Of a stretch of DNA of 64,000 nt, positions 18,033-27,596 are shown piece by piece. The notes under the pieces were generated by a model, which ran no database searches, was not told where the DNA came from, and worked only from the letters and a program-made list of their open reading frames with translations. Each line of letters starts with the position of its first letter. Position 1 is the stretch's first letter. The DNA is from Candidatus Cloacimonadales bacterium (GTDB lineage: Bacteria > Cloacimonadota > Cloacimonadia > Cloacimonadales > JAIOQZ01): the NCBI GenBank assembly GCA_963662655.2, contig CAXXTU010000002.1:3392001-3456000 (forward strand). The letters run 5' to 3'. The translations under genes were made by a program, and so were the position numbers.

Positions 18033-18621
18033 GCGATACATTGACCTTTCGTTCGAAAAGGTGCTTACCCCATCAGCATTTTTTAAAGCCTGGATGAAGG
18101 GAGAGCGTGCTTTGCAGAAAGGAACCGCCTTGTTTTGTGATGAAGGTGTTCTGTTCTGGCTCATACATGATGTGGAATTTATCAAAGGGGCCGTTGCAGG
18201 TCAAAGCAAGATCGTATTTATCGACACACGATCAGACCATTCTGAGCCCAACCTTATACAGAAGAAACCGATGGTAAAAGCAGCAATCGATCTTGCGTAC
18301 CATGTAATTTACACTCGAGAATTTCCTTCTTTGTATAGGTATGTCTGCAATATGCACACATCGAATATCGACGCAGGAATGGGTGTTCAACAACTTGGAA
18401 ACACGCTACTTAACACACCATACCGTCAGGTTGGCAAAGAGAAAGAATCGTTATTCAACTTTGGAACGGTTGTAAGCGATCGTTCCGAGGGGCTTGAACG
18501 CAGGAGAAAATTTGCGGGGACCATACTGAGCACAAGGAAAACCGAGAAAGAGAAGCAAGCCATCAGGGAGATCATCAGCAAGCTCGATGCGATGATCGAG
18601 GAGAATAATCATGGCGTTTAA
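18016..18621 (+). CDS. Hypothetical phage protein
   Basis: GGAGG RBS, 201 aa. Confidence 0.65.
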   Translation: MEYTRKRYIDLSFEKVLTPSAFFKAWMKGERALQKGTALFCDEGVLFWLIHDVEFIKGAVAGQSKIVFIDTRSDHSEPNLIQKKPMVKAAIDLAYHVIYTREFPSLYRYVCNMHTSNIDAGMGVQQLGNTLLNTPYRQVGKEKESLFNFGTVVSDRSEGLERRRKFAGTILSTRKTEKEKQAIREIISKLDAMIEENNHGV

Positions 18622-18865
18622 ACATACACGGGAGTGGACAGATTTCCTTCTGAAGTGCCTGCAAGCAAATCCTGAAGCGATTTCGAGCGGGGGAATCACA
18701 ACCTTTTTGACGCAAAAGCTTCAGGCCAAGGTGGGAAGCTATGCAAGCCTTTCCAGGAGTGAACAAGCCGATTACGATCGAGCGATTCGTGAAGCAGAAA
18801 GACAAGTAAGAATTATGAGGAAGAGGGGCGTTACATGCCAGAACGGAAGAATGAACATATCCTAG
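18611..18865 (+). CDS. Hypothetical phage protein
   Basis: GAGGAG RBS, overlap-coupled. Confidence 0.6.
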   Translation: MAFKHTREWTDFLLKCLQANPEAISSGGITTFLTQKLQAKVGSYASLSRSEQADYDRAIREAERQVRIMRKRGVTCQNGRMNIS

Positions 18866-19101
18866 CCGGGGCCGACATTAAGAAACTACTCGTGGATATC
18901 GACACGTCAGCGATTCGATTCGCTGAAGAGCTCGGTATTGATGTACGTTATATGTATGTCATTACGAACAGCAAAAACAAACAAAAATCTGCCGGAATGC
19001 GTGCAATCATCACGCTGAAGTTCCTGTACATGGCAGGGATCATCACGGACGACCTTTACGATCTGATATACAACAGAGTCAAATCATGCCAGCCACAGTA
19101 A
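18835..19101 (+). CDS. Cro-like HTH protein
   Basis: IKKLLVDIDTSAIRFAEELGIDVRYMYVI. Confidence 0.55.
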   Translation: MPERKNEHILAGADIKKLLVDIDTSAIRFAEELGIDVRYMYVITNSKNKQKSAGMRAIITLKFLYMAGIITDDLYDLIYNRVKSCQPQ

Positions 19102-22100
19102 CAACCCTCCGCAATTACACCGAGATACTTGCTCCCGATCTCTTCGATGTGGTAAAGGAAGAGGTGTCTGTGCTTTCGCTCGCAACCTCTACGGGCGCAA
19201 GCCAGATGAAGAATGGGGCAAGCTCATTCTTCATCAATCCGTCACCATGTTGCGGACACAATAACTGCTTCAGCGTAAACGTGGCGCGAAATCGGTGGAA
19301 ATGCTTCTCGTGCGGTTCGGGAGGATCGGTCATTGACCTTGCAATTGCAATGCGGATGGCAAACGAACCTTATGACGCGGCGAAGATTCTGGCTGAGCGC
19401 AATGGGATTGATACGCATATCGAGGTTTCACCGGAGCGTATTGAGAAGATCAACAAGCTGAAACGGCGGCAGGAAGTGTTCGATGCGGCAACCGAGTACT
19501 ACGTTAACGGCCTGAAGAAAAACCAGAGAGCATTGAAGTATCTCAAAGAGAAGCGGAAACGATCGGATGAAATGATCGAAAAGATGCGTTATGGCTTTTC
19601 TTCCAAGAAAGGTTCACTCTACAAGCATTTACGCGACAAGGGATTTTCCGACGGGGATGCACTGGACTCTGGCCTGTGCAGGCTTCGAAAAGACTCCAAT
19701 CAATTCTATGATCTGTTTTGGGACGACCGGTTGATCTACCCCATTTTCCTTTACGGAAAGCCGGTTGATTTCCTGAGCAAGGCGATTTTCAAAGATAAAT
19801 CAGAAGACTATTACGAACTTAGATTGCCGATTGCCCATCGGATCCAAAGCGCGATCTTCTACAATCAGGACGATGCATTCAGGGACAACTTGATCATTGT
19901 AGAAGGGCCGGAAGACGTGAATTCCGTGCTTCAGGCGGGAGACTTCCACGTAATCGGAACACGGGGGCAGGTTTCCGAAGATCAGATCGCGCTCCTGCAA
20001 AAGAGCTGCAAGGAAAAACGGGTGTTCCTGTGCCTGGATAATGACGGCAACGAAGAAGCCGGAGGTGTGGCGTTTCGTAACAAGCTCATCAATGCTTTGA
20101 GTGACATCGCAATTGTTTCCGTAATCCAATTCCCCGATGATTTCAAGGACATCGACGATTATCTAAAATCCGTGGATAATCCTGGCAAGGAACTTCAACA
20201 ACTCATGGATGAATCAGAAGATGCCATCAGCTTCCGAATCAAATTGCTTCCAACCGAAAGTGAAATGGATCCCAAGAAACGAGAAAAACCATATCGGGAA
20301 GTATTTGAGCTCATCGCCAGGCAGAAGGTTGAACAAACACGCGATGGATATTGCAAGCTGTTTGCGAAGCACGCCGGAACCGAGACGAAAATGCTTGCTT
20401 CCGTGAGGCGAGCAGTAAGAGAAATTCTCACGGGAAAAAGCGAAAGCGAAGAAGATGAGGGCTCTTCCCGATACGGAACGATCGAGAAAAGCGGTCTGAA
20501 GTACATCCGACACAGCAAAGAATCAACAAAGGTAATCTCTAACTTCATACTCGATATTCAGTGCTTTGTGCTCGATGGGAAATCGAGAATATACAAAGTA
20601 CGATTGCAGAACACGGATGGAATATGGAGCAGGGAATTCGACATGGTTGGGGAAGAGCGCGTCAATCCACACATCTTCGGCGCGAGGGCATCGGATCAGG
20701 GATCGTACTACTTCAGCGGGAATTCGGAAGACCTGATTCAAATCTGGCTGATGGAAGAGAAGAACACGACCAGCGACAATGTGATTTCATATCACCAGAG
20801 ATACGGATTTATCAAGGACGATAACCTCTGGCTATTCTCCAACTGCGCATACCGAGACGGCAGATTGTATAAAGCCAACGATGAGGGACAAATCATTATC
20901 GACAGTGTCGGGTACCAGTCGAAAGATGTCAACGTGTATTCTGGTGACGCTCCACAACTTTACCTTGATGAAAAGCCTTCCCACGAATACGTGAAAAAAG
21001 TCGTAATGGACTTCTGGTCGATGTGCGACTCGACGCAAGACTCGCTTGCATCTCCGCATAAGACGTTCAGAGGATTTTTGATTCTCGGATTCATCGCGAC
21101 AACCGTTTACCTCCCCGAGATAACCAAGGCATTCCGAAAGTTCCCGTTTGTGGCCTTATGGGGGCCTTCAGGCACGGGTAAATCCGAAGTAATCCAGCTA
21201 TTGATGAACATTTTCGGTTTCAGACAACCAGGCGAAAGTTGGGATGGGGCAACGATCGCCGGAACCAGCATGGTTGTTTCGCAACTGAGCAGTATTCCTT
21301 ATTGGCTGGAAGAATTCGCGAACGCACCGGCGAGCAATACGAGACAGCGGAAAATGATCGCGGTATTGAAGAATATCTACAACCGGGCCTCGTATAGTGT
21401 CGGTGGTTTGAAAAACACCAGACAAACGCGCGAAGTTCTCTCTTCGATCGTCATAACCGGACAAGCCAGACCGGCCGAACAGGCGTTGTTGTCTCGCTGT
21501 ATCATTCTGCAGAAAGAGAACTACACTGATCCAGGATCAGAAGCTTACAACAGGCTCAGGAAAGACAGGGAAAAGCTTTCATTGGTTCTCCGCTGGTTGA
21601 TTGAAAACAAGACCAAAGAGCGTGTAAACGAACTGATGCTGAGCATAAAGGAATTCATGGATTATATCGAACGCCGTTGTGAAGCGCACGGGCATAATGT
21701 CGATGCGAGAACGCTGGAAAACCTGAGCATTATCGCTGCCGGATTCTGGCTGTTCGAGATTCACGATTTCGATAAGGGATTCAAGGAATGGCTGGTTGAT
21801 CAGGCGAAAGAGGACGTTGAGCGAAAAGGATACGAGGACGTTCTATTTCGATTCTTTGAAGACATCGATACCATGTTCAGCGCTGATATTGATAATGTGG
21901 CCATCTTTGAAGGGCAAAGCACCCTCCACCTGCGGTACAACTATGTTTACGATGAATGGATTCGGAGACATACGATTGAATTCCTTGAGAAGAATTCAAT
22001 CCTCGAATACCTCAAGACAAATCATAGGGCATTGATTCACCGAAGCGCACAAAAATGGTTTTGGATTTACGACAATATAACGAAGCAAAAGAAGAGAAAG

Positions 22101-22211
22101 CAACAACGCTGCATCACAATTAACATTCAGAAATTACCTGAAAAAATTCAGGAGATCATCCTTGGCTGGAGGGGTTACGATGGTACATGCGAAACTAACG
22201 ACTCCGAATGA
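19086..22211 (+). CDS. Primase-helicase (CHC2 zinc finger, TOPRIM, P-loop ATPase)
   Basis: PCCGH..FSV..WKCFSCGSGGSVID; VEGPED, LDND, KDIDDYL; Walker A GPSGTGKS, Walker B WLEEF. Confidence 0.9.
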   Translation: MPATVTTLRNYTEILAPDLFDVVKEEVSVLSLATSTGASQMKNGASSFFINPSPCCGHNNCFSVNVARNRWKCFSCGSGGSVIDLAIAMRMANEPYDAAKILAERNGIDTHIEVSPERIEKINKLKRRQEVFDAATEYYVNGLKKNQRALKYLKEKRKRSDEMIEKMRYGFSSKKGSLYKHLRDKGFSDGDALDSGLCRLRKDSNQFYDLFWDDRLIYPIFLYGKPVDFLSKAIFKDKSEDYYELRLPIAHRIQSAIFYNQDDAFRDNLIIVEGPEDVNSVLQAGDFHVIGTRGQVSEDQIALLQKSCKEKRVFLCLDNDGNEEAGGVAFRNKLINALSDIAIVSVIQFPDDFKDIDDYLKSVDNPGKELQQLMDESEDAISFRIKLLPTESEMDPKKREKPYREVFELIARQKVEQTRDGYCKLFAKHAGTETKMLASVRRAVREILTGKSESEEDEGSSRYGTIEKSGLKYIRHSKESTKVISNFILDIQCFVLDGKSRIYKVRLQNTDGIWSREFDMVGEERVNPHIFGARASDQGSYYFSGNSEDLIQIWLMEEKNTTSDNVISYHQRYGFIKDDNLWLFSNCAYRDGRLYKANDEGQIIIDSVGYQSKDVNVYSGDAPQLYLDEKPSHEYVKKVVMDFWSMCDSTQDSLASPHKTFRGFLILGFIATTVYLPEITKAFRKFPFVALWGPSGTGKSEVIQLLMNIFGFRQPGESWDGATIAGTSMVVSQLSSIPYWLEEFANAPASNTRQRKMIAVLKNIYNRASYSVGGLKNTRQTREVLSSIVITGQARPAEQALLSRCIILQKENYTDPGSEAYNRLRKDREKLSLVLRWLIENKTKERVNELMLSIKEFMDYIERRCEAHGHNVDARTLENLSIIAAGFWLFEIHDFDKGFKEWLVDQAKEDVERKGYEDVLFRFFEDIDTMFSADIDNVAIFEGQSTLHLRYNYVYDEWIRRHTIEFLEKNSILEYLKTNHRALIHRSAQKWFWIYDNITKQKKRKQQRCITINIQKLPEKIQEIILGWRGYDGTCETNDSE

Positions 22212-22608
22212 AGAAATCGACGCGATTCTTCGAAAGCTTATCAGGCTATTCGAAGAAGCAATCACAGCACCGGTCTATTACTACCTTGAGGCGTATGAAA
22301 GCGACGTGCTCGACACGATTTACAACAAGCTTGAAGCACTTGAAAAAATCGAGGATATCGACGACCTGAAAGAGAAGTGCAATGATTTCGTTGGTTTTGT
22401 CCGCAAAATTTCAAACCGTGTGCAGCGATCGCCCGAGAGGAACGACATCAACCGGATTCACGCAAAGAAGGCCCAGTTCAATATTTCGGAGAGAGATTAT
22501 CGAAAATTTCTCGGTGTTTATGGAGCGGAAAAATCAACCGATTTGAATTTCATGCAAATCAAGATGGTTGAAAGGCGGATGAGTGAGCGAGCGAATACAG
22601 CTTCATGA
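22180..22608 (+). CDS. Protein with C-terminal Mu GemA/Gp16 (DUF1018)-like segment
   Basis: IHAKKAQFNISERDYRKFLGVYGAEKSTDL resembles the GemA/Gp16 N-terminal motif; GGAGG RBS. Confidence 0.55.
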   Translation: MVHAKLTTPNEEIDAILRKLIRLFEEAITAPVYYYLEAYESDVLDTIYNKLEALEKIEDIDDLKEKCNDFVGFVRKISNRVQRSPERNDINRIHAKKAQFNISERDYRKFLGVYGAEKSTDLNFMQIKMVERRMSERANTAS

Positions 22609-23638
22609 TGAGACCTTGAGCGCTCTCAGGGAGTTCCGTCAGGAGAAAATGGGGCTCGACAACACAAAGGCAACTTCCATCAACACGTATGAGAATTGCC
22701 TGACGCGATTCTTCCGCGAAACAGGAAAGCCGGTTTTGGAGATTGTTTCAGACGATATTCGCGACTACATGCTTGGATTGATTGAATCCAAGGCGAGCAG
22801 GAGCTATCAACGATTGACGGCAACTGCTCTTCGCGGGTTTTTCGGCATTTACTCAAGAAACCACAAAGCCTTGAATCCTGCTACACGATTGAGATCGATC
22901 AGGAGGGAGAACCGGTTCCCCGATATTCCGTCAACGGACGAAGTTGAGCGGATGATTCTTGCTTGCGGAACGGGAAACAAGGATCAGATACGAAATGCCG
23001 CGATTATCGCCTTGCTTGCCGATACGGGAATCAGAGTTGGTGAGCTGGTCGCTCTCAAGGTGGGGAACGTAATACAAGCAGAAAAGCAATTTATTCTGAA
23101 GGTTCCTTCCGAGAAATCAACATCCCAACGGCAAGTTCCGTTCTCTTACATGCGAGAAGGAAGCCTGGTGGCAGAAATCTGGAATGCGTACTGGTCGATT
23201 ATCCGGTTTGTGGAGCAACGGTCATTTAATGATGCGCTATTCACTCAAAGTGAGGAGTACATCAAACGTTTCCAGAAGGCAGATTGGGAGTTGATTAATT
23301 CGCAGCCGATGAAAGGACTCTCCAGAAAGACCATCTTCACCATCGTAAAGAAGGTGGCAGAAATGGCTGAAATCGACAAACCCGTATCACCGCACTCGTT
23401 CAGGCATTTCTACGCGACATATCTCGCGATGGCCAAGACCGATATCATTATTATCAAAGAACGGCTTGGACATGCCAATATCAGCCAGACACAGATATAT
23501 ATTCACTACGCAGACACGTTGACGAAGGACAGCGCAAAAGACAACCCAATGGCAGGAATCCGAACCAAGATCACCGGATTCGTGGAAGCAGGAAAACAAT
23601 TGAGGAGAAATCATGTTGGAAAAAAACGTGAAGTATGA
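22583..23638 (+). CDS. XerC/D-like tyrosine recombinase
   Basis: SAM-like N-domain; TGIRVGEL, SPHSFRHFYAT, LGHANISQTQIY. Confidence 0.9.
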   Translation: MSERIQLHDETLSALREFRQEKMGLDNTKATSINTYENCLTRFFRETGKPVLEIVSDDIRDYMLGLIESKASRSYQRLTATALRGFFGIYSRNHKALNPATRLRSIRRENRFPDIPSTDEVERMILACGTGNKDQIRNAAIIALLADTGIRVGELVALKVGNVIQAEKQFILKVPSEKSTSQRQVPFSYMREGSLVAEIWNAYWSIIRFVEQRSFNDALFTQSEEYIKRFQKADWELINSQPMKGLSRKTIFTIVKKVAEMAEIDKPVSPHSFRHFYATYLAMAKTDIIIIKERLGHANISQTQIYIHYADTLTKDSAKDNPMAGIRTKITGFVEAGKQLRRNHVGKKREV

Positions 23639-23819
23639 TTTTCACCCGAATGAAGGACTCAGCCCTGAACAAATAGCGAAAATGCTCGGTGTTTGCTCGG
23701 ACAACGTGATTGCACGAATCAAAGAAGGTAAGCTCAAGGGCTTCCGAATGGGGAAGCGTTGGATCGTCCTATATAAAAACCTACAAGAATACATTGAAAA
23801 CGGACAGGAAGACGTATGA
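23613..23819 (+). CDS. Excisionase-like HTH_17 protein
   Basis: LSPEQIAKMLGV..IKEGKLKGFRMGKRWIV. Confidence 0.8.
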   Translation: MLEKNVKYDFHPNEGLSPEQIAKMLGVCSDNVIARIKEGKLKGFRMGKRWIVLYKNLQEYIENGQEDV

Positions 23820-24088
23820 AACGGAGCGCGAAGAAAACCCACACATCCGATTATATCCCGATGACTGTTGAAATGGTTGCCACGTATCTGAACATAAACG
23901 CGAGGAAGGTTCAGCAGCTTGCAAAAGACGGGTATATTGCGTACTATCACTTGAAAGGCTTCAAGAACGCCATGCGTTTTCGGAAGGAAGACGTTATGGC
24001 ATACGTATTCGACCAGGAAGAACGCGTGATGTCAAATGACGAAATCGAGAAGATCGGCGGGGAGATCAGCAAGGGGATGAGGCTGTGA
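23816..24088 (+). CDS. Excisionase-like HTH_17 protein
   Basis: MTVEMVATYLNI..LAKDGYI..MRFRKEDV. Confidence 0.8.
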   Translation: MKRSAKKTHTSDYIPMTVEMVATYLNINARKVQQLAKDGYIAYYHLKGFKNAMRFRKEDVMAYVFDQEERVMSNDEIEKIGGEISKGMRL

Positions 24089-25014
24089 TCCGTTCACCCT
24101 TGCGTTATCCGGGCGGAAAGAGCTTTCGCGTGAAGCAGCTCAGGGAATACATGCCGGAATTCACTGAGTATCGTGAACCTTTCGTCGGTGGCGGATCGGT
24201 GTTCTTCTATCTGAAGCATCATCACCCTGACAGGACGTACTGGATTAACGACTCGTTCTATCCATTATGTAACTTCTGGATTCAACTGCGACAAAATGCG
24301 GAAGCAATACGCGACATTGTGCTGCGATGGTATGCCCTCCTGAACGATGAGAACGTACGTAATTCATCGTCCGTGCATCCGATCCCGAGCAGATTCAACG
24401 ACGGAAAGGCATTATTCTATGATTTACGCAGGAACTTCAAGCGTTTACCGGAGACCGGCCGGGCTGCCGCGTTATATTTTCTGAATCGATCGAGCTTTTC
24501 AGGGCTTACGTTTTCCGGTTCATACAGTCAAGAAGCTTACAAAGGTCGGTTTCTTCCTTCAGGGTTCGACAATTTACTCAAGGTGGGTGCGGTACTCGAA
24601 GGTGTATCAATAACTCAAAATTCGTACGACTCGCCAATACACCCGCTCTTGACGGATACAATTCTATCCGGACAGGGAAACGATGTGTTCATCTTCCTCG
24701 ATCCTCCCTACTTCAAGGTATCAAGGAACGATATGTATGGGAGAAACGGATCCCATAACAAGAGTTTCGACCATGAACGATTTGCCGAATTGCTCAAGAA
24801 ATGCCCACATAAATGGATGCTCACAATCGACGATCACCCCGACGCCTACAGGCTGTTCGGATGGGCGAATGTTCACGCGGTGAGTGTAGCGTATCCGCTC
24901 AACGCGAAATCGTGCAAGACACTGAAGAAAACAACCGAACTGCTCATAACTAACTATCCGGTAGCCGTTGAGAAGCAAGGATTACTGGATTTTGCAAAGG
25001 AGATGCCAGCGTGA
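24085..25014 (+). CDS. Dam-type (D12 class) DNA N6-adenine methyltransferase, orphan
   Basis: SPLRYPGGKS, EPFVGGGSV, FLDPPY, ELLITNY. Confidence 0.9.
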   Translation: MIRSPLRYPGGKSFRVKQLREYMPEFTEYREPFVGGGSVFFYLKHHHPDRTYWINDSFYPLCNFWIQLRQNAEAIRDIVLRWYALLNDENVRNSSSVHPIPSRFNDGKALFYDLRRNFKRLPETGRAAALYFLNRSSFSGLTFSGSYSQEAYKGRFLPSGFDNLLKVGAVLEGVSITQNSYDSPIHPLLTDTILSGQGNDVFIFLDPPYFKVSRNDMYGRNGSHNKSFDHERFAELLKKCPHKWMLTIDDHPDAYRLFGWANVHAVSVAYPLNAKSCKTLKKTTELLITNYPVAVEKQGLLDFAKEMPA

Positions 25015-25655
25015 CAACAATCATGGATTACCCACCTGTCGATTGCAGAACTTGTATTCATCATCCACGTAATAGAGATAATCAGCCATGCACAAGCTAC
25101 AAGGAAGAACCGGCACGATGTTTTTCATACACTGCTGGTCATGAAATTCTTGAGACTTGCAATGGTTATCCGGCTGATACTCAGCTTCACACATGGGCTC
25201 ACAACGCAATCCGAACCGAGAACCGGCTTAATGCAATAGCAAAAGGATGTATCCCGAAGACACAAATCATGCTGTCAATTCATCCAAAATACTGGGATAT
25301 GATGGTGAGAAGGGAAAAACTTTACGAATTCCGCAGGACAATCCCCAAGGAGGCTTTGCAGTATGGATTAACCGCAATCTCATTCTATGTTACCAGCCCC
25401 GTGAGAATGGTCGTCGGTTATAGCACGTGGTTCATAGCGATCCTACAGTATCAACCGGAAGAGTTGTGTGAAATCACGAAGTATCACGCAGGAATATCCA
25501 GAGATGAGTTCTTTAGATATTTTCGAGGTTGCGAAACCGCGTATGCTTACAAAACTTATCCAATCAAGTTTACTGATCCACAACCACTACCATTCAAGGG
25601 CGTAAAAACACCGCCACAATCGTGGTGCTATATGAAGGAGGAATCTAATGAATGA
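25011..25655 (+). CDS. Cys-rich N-terminus fused to an ASCH/PUA-like domain
   Basis: CRTCIH..C..C; MLSIHPKY..KLYEFRR..YVTSPVRMVVG..PPQSWCY. Confidence 0.75.
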   Translation: MTTIMDYPPVDCRTCIHHPRNRDNQPCTSYKEEPARCFSYTAGHEILETCNGYPADTQLHTWAHNAIRTENRLNAIAKGCIPKTQIMLSIHPKYWDMMVRREKLYEFRRTIPKEALQYGLTAISFYVTSPVRMVVGYSTWFIAILQYQPEELCEITKYHAGISRDEFFRYFRGCETAYAYKTYPIKFTDPQPLPFKGVKTPPQSWCYMKEESNE

Positions 25656-26007
25656 GAACATTCAAGAACAGCCAATGTTGATTAAAGGAACTCCCGCGTT
25701 AGCCGCTATGGGGTTTCTCGGACGCATGGCATCAGATATTCGTATCGGAGACAGTGTGAAGGAAATTGGATTTATTCAATTTCCTGAGAGGGACAACATG
25801 ACTTCAACATACGTAGCACCATCAAAAGATTTTTGGAGTAAATTCAGTGAACCCGTTGAAACAAAACCAATTCCAGTCAACTTCGATGATCCTGAAGACT
25901 ATGCAATGGATATTTCCTACGCCAAGAATCTCTTGGATAACCTTCTGTACGCAATCGAAGAAATGGAAGAACAAGGTAAAATAGAGTTTACAATGGAATT
26001 AAATTAA
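25648..26007 (+). CDS. Hypothetical phage protein
   Basis: AAGGAGG RBS, 119 aa. Confidence 0.6.
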   Translation: MNENIQEQPMLIKGTPALAAMGFLGRMASDIRIGDSVKEIGFIQFPERDNMTSTYVAPSKDFWSKFSEPVETKPIPVNFDDPEDYAMDISYAKNLLDNLLYAIEEMEEQGKIEFTMELN

Positions 26008-26084
26008 CTTGAGAATGGAGGAGACCCCAATGGACATGCAACGCTGAGGCCAGCATCAGGTATGAATTGGATAACTTATTACGC

Positions 26085-26109
26085 ACCCGCTCAGAAATGG
26101 GCGGGTTTT
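26085..26109 (+). terminator. Intrinsic terminator
   Basis: ACCCGCTCA-GAAA-TGGGCGGGT-TTT. Confidence 0.7.
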
Positions 26110-26196
26110 ATTGTGATTATTGCACGGAAAAGAGAATAAAGGAATCCTTATGATGACTTGAGCGCGTTAATGAGAATAATAAGGGTGAAATCATCT

Positions 26197-27279
26197 TTAA
26201 ATAGAGGGAAGTCTATCAACGGCAGCGTCTTTCTTCTCGTCGATGAGTTTCGCGTATATCTGCGTGGTGGACACGCTCTTGTGTCCTAGAAGCTTCGAGA
26301 CGGTGTAGATGTCGCTACCGGCGGTGATAAGGAGCGTTGCGAACGTATGCCTGGCACAATGAAAGGTGATCTTGCGTTCGATACCTGCATTTGCCAGCCA
26401 TTCACGCATGTATGTCGTCCTCATACTTCCAATCGGGACAATAAATGGTCTTGGTTGATCAGCCTTCAATTGTTCTGTGATGATATTCAACGCAACGGGG
26501 TGGAGTTTAATTCGTACACTTGTTTTCGTCTTTTTCTGTTGGATGTAAAGGTGGTCGCCGACAATGCTATCCGGCATGATTCGATTAATATCGCTAAAAC
26601 GCAATCCTGTATAGCAAGAGAAGAGAAAGGCTTGCTTTGTGTTGTGGTGCCTACAATAAGCATTTGATAGTGCTCTTACCTCGTCAATTGATAAGAATTC
26701 GCGTTTGTTCGTTGTAAATGCTATCCTGAAATGTTTTGCTGGATTTTCGAGAATGAGGCCGTCTCTAACGGCCTCATTGAGAACTGCTTTGAAGGACGCA
26801 AAATAGTGATGGGCCGTTATCGTAGAAAAACCACGATCGAGATCACATAGGTAATCCATAAACTTTTTACATAGCGAACGTGATACTGCGGAACACGATA
26901 TTTTGTTTGATCCAATAAAGCTAATGAAATTGCGCATGGCAATTCCATAATTGGGATCCGGCTTCTTTTCGACGACAGATTGATAATACTCAATGAAATC
27001 AACGGGCTTTAAATCGCCACCGCTTCTTATAAGGCTCATGTCAAGTTCCATGTTATCACGTATTTTAGCCGCAATTCTCAGGTTATTGAGATCAGATGCA
27101 GAAGTTCGGGAATCGAATGCAACATACACGTGCAGCGCTTTCCTGATCCGCTTTTTATTGTCTCCGTCCCAATAATCAACCATGAAGGCATACTTGTTAT
27201 TCAACTCCCTTACGCGGAGCTTGACCTTGTGTGCTCGATTGAGCTTTTCAATTTCCGATTCTAATTTCGTGTACTTCAT
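26197..27279 (-). CDS. int: Prophage integrase (tyrosine recombinase with arm-binding and SAM-like domains)
   Basis: FSCYTGLRFSD, QKKT, ITFHCARHTFAT, LLGHKSVSTTQIYAK; adjacent to tRNA 3' end. Confidence 0.92.
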   Translation of the reverse strand: MKYTKLESEIEKLNRAHKVKLRVRELNNKYAFMVDYWDGDNKKRIRKALHVYVAFDSRTSASDLNNLRIAAKIRDNMELDMSLIRSGGDLKPVDFIEYYQSVVEKKPDPNYGIAMRNFISFIGSNKISCSAVSRSLCKKFMDYLCDLDRGFSTITAHHYFASFKAVLNEAVRDGLILENPAKHFRIAFTTNKREFLSIDEVRALSNAYCRHHNTKQAFLFSCYTGLRFSDINRIMPDSIVGDHLYIQQKKTKTSVRIKLHPVALNIITEQLKADQPRPFIVPIGSMRTTYMREWLANAGIERKITFHCARHTFATLLITAGSDIYTVSKLLGHKSVSTTQIYAKLIDEKKDAAVDRLPSI

Positions 27280-27297
27280 GTGACAATTATGTGACAA
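27278..27297. repeat. Direct repeat ATGTGACAA x2, candidate integrase arm-type sites
   Basis: Copies at 27278-27286 and 27289-27297 between int and the tRNA. Confidence 0.5.
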
Positions 27298-27421
27298 AAC
27301 GCGCAAAACCTTGCAAGAAAAATGTCAGAAAATGCAGAAAAACGTAAAAAGGAAATCATCGCAAGGAATGCAATCAATAAGCGTAATGTGATGTAAAGAA
27401 TAGAGATGTGTTATATAAAGA

Positions 27422-27498
27422 TGGCGCGCCTGCAGGAACTCGAATCCCGAACCCTCTGATCCGAAGTCAGATACTCTATCCAATTGAGCTACAGGCGC
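27422..27498 (-). tRNA. tRNA-Arg(UCG), probable prophage attachment site
   Basis: GCGCCTG/CAGGCGC acceptor stem plus GCCA; anticodon arm TCTGA-CTTCGGA-TCAGA; TTCGAGT T-loop. Confidence 0.93.
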
Positions 27499-27548
27499 GT
27501 GAGGCACATATAACAGGCGAGGGTAAATGTGTCTACATTTTTCGCACG

Positions 27549-27584
27549 AAAAACCCCTTCACCGCGATAGCAGCGAAGGGGTTT
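27549..27584 (-). terminator. Intrinsic terminator
   Basis: AAACCCCTTC..GAAGGGGTTT downstream of 27597-28604. Confidence 0.6.
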
Positions 27585-27596
27585 ATCCTCCCTAAC

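Larger units (their letters stand above)
1..27421. mobile_element. Prophage (right part; left end outside window) integrated at tRNA-Arg
   Basis: Tape measure and tail genes, CI repressor, primase-helicase, Xis-like HTH genes, and an integrase abutting the tRNA 3' end; housekeeping genes resume after the tRNA. Confidence 0.9.
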
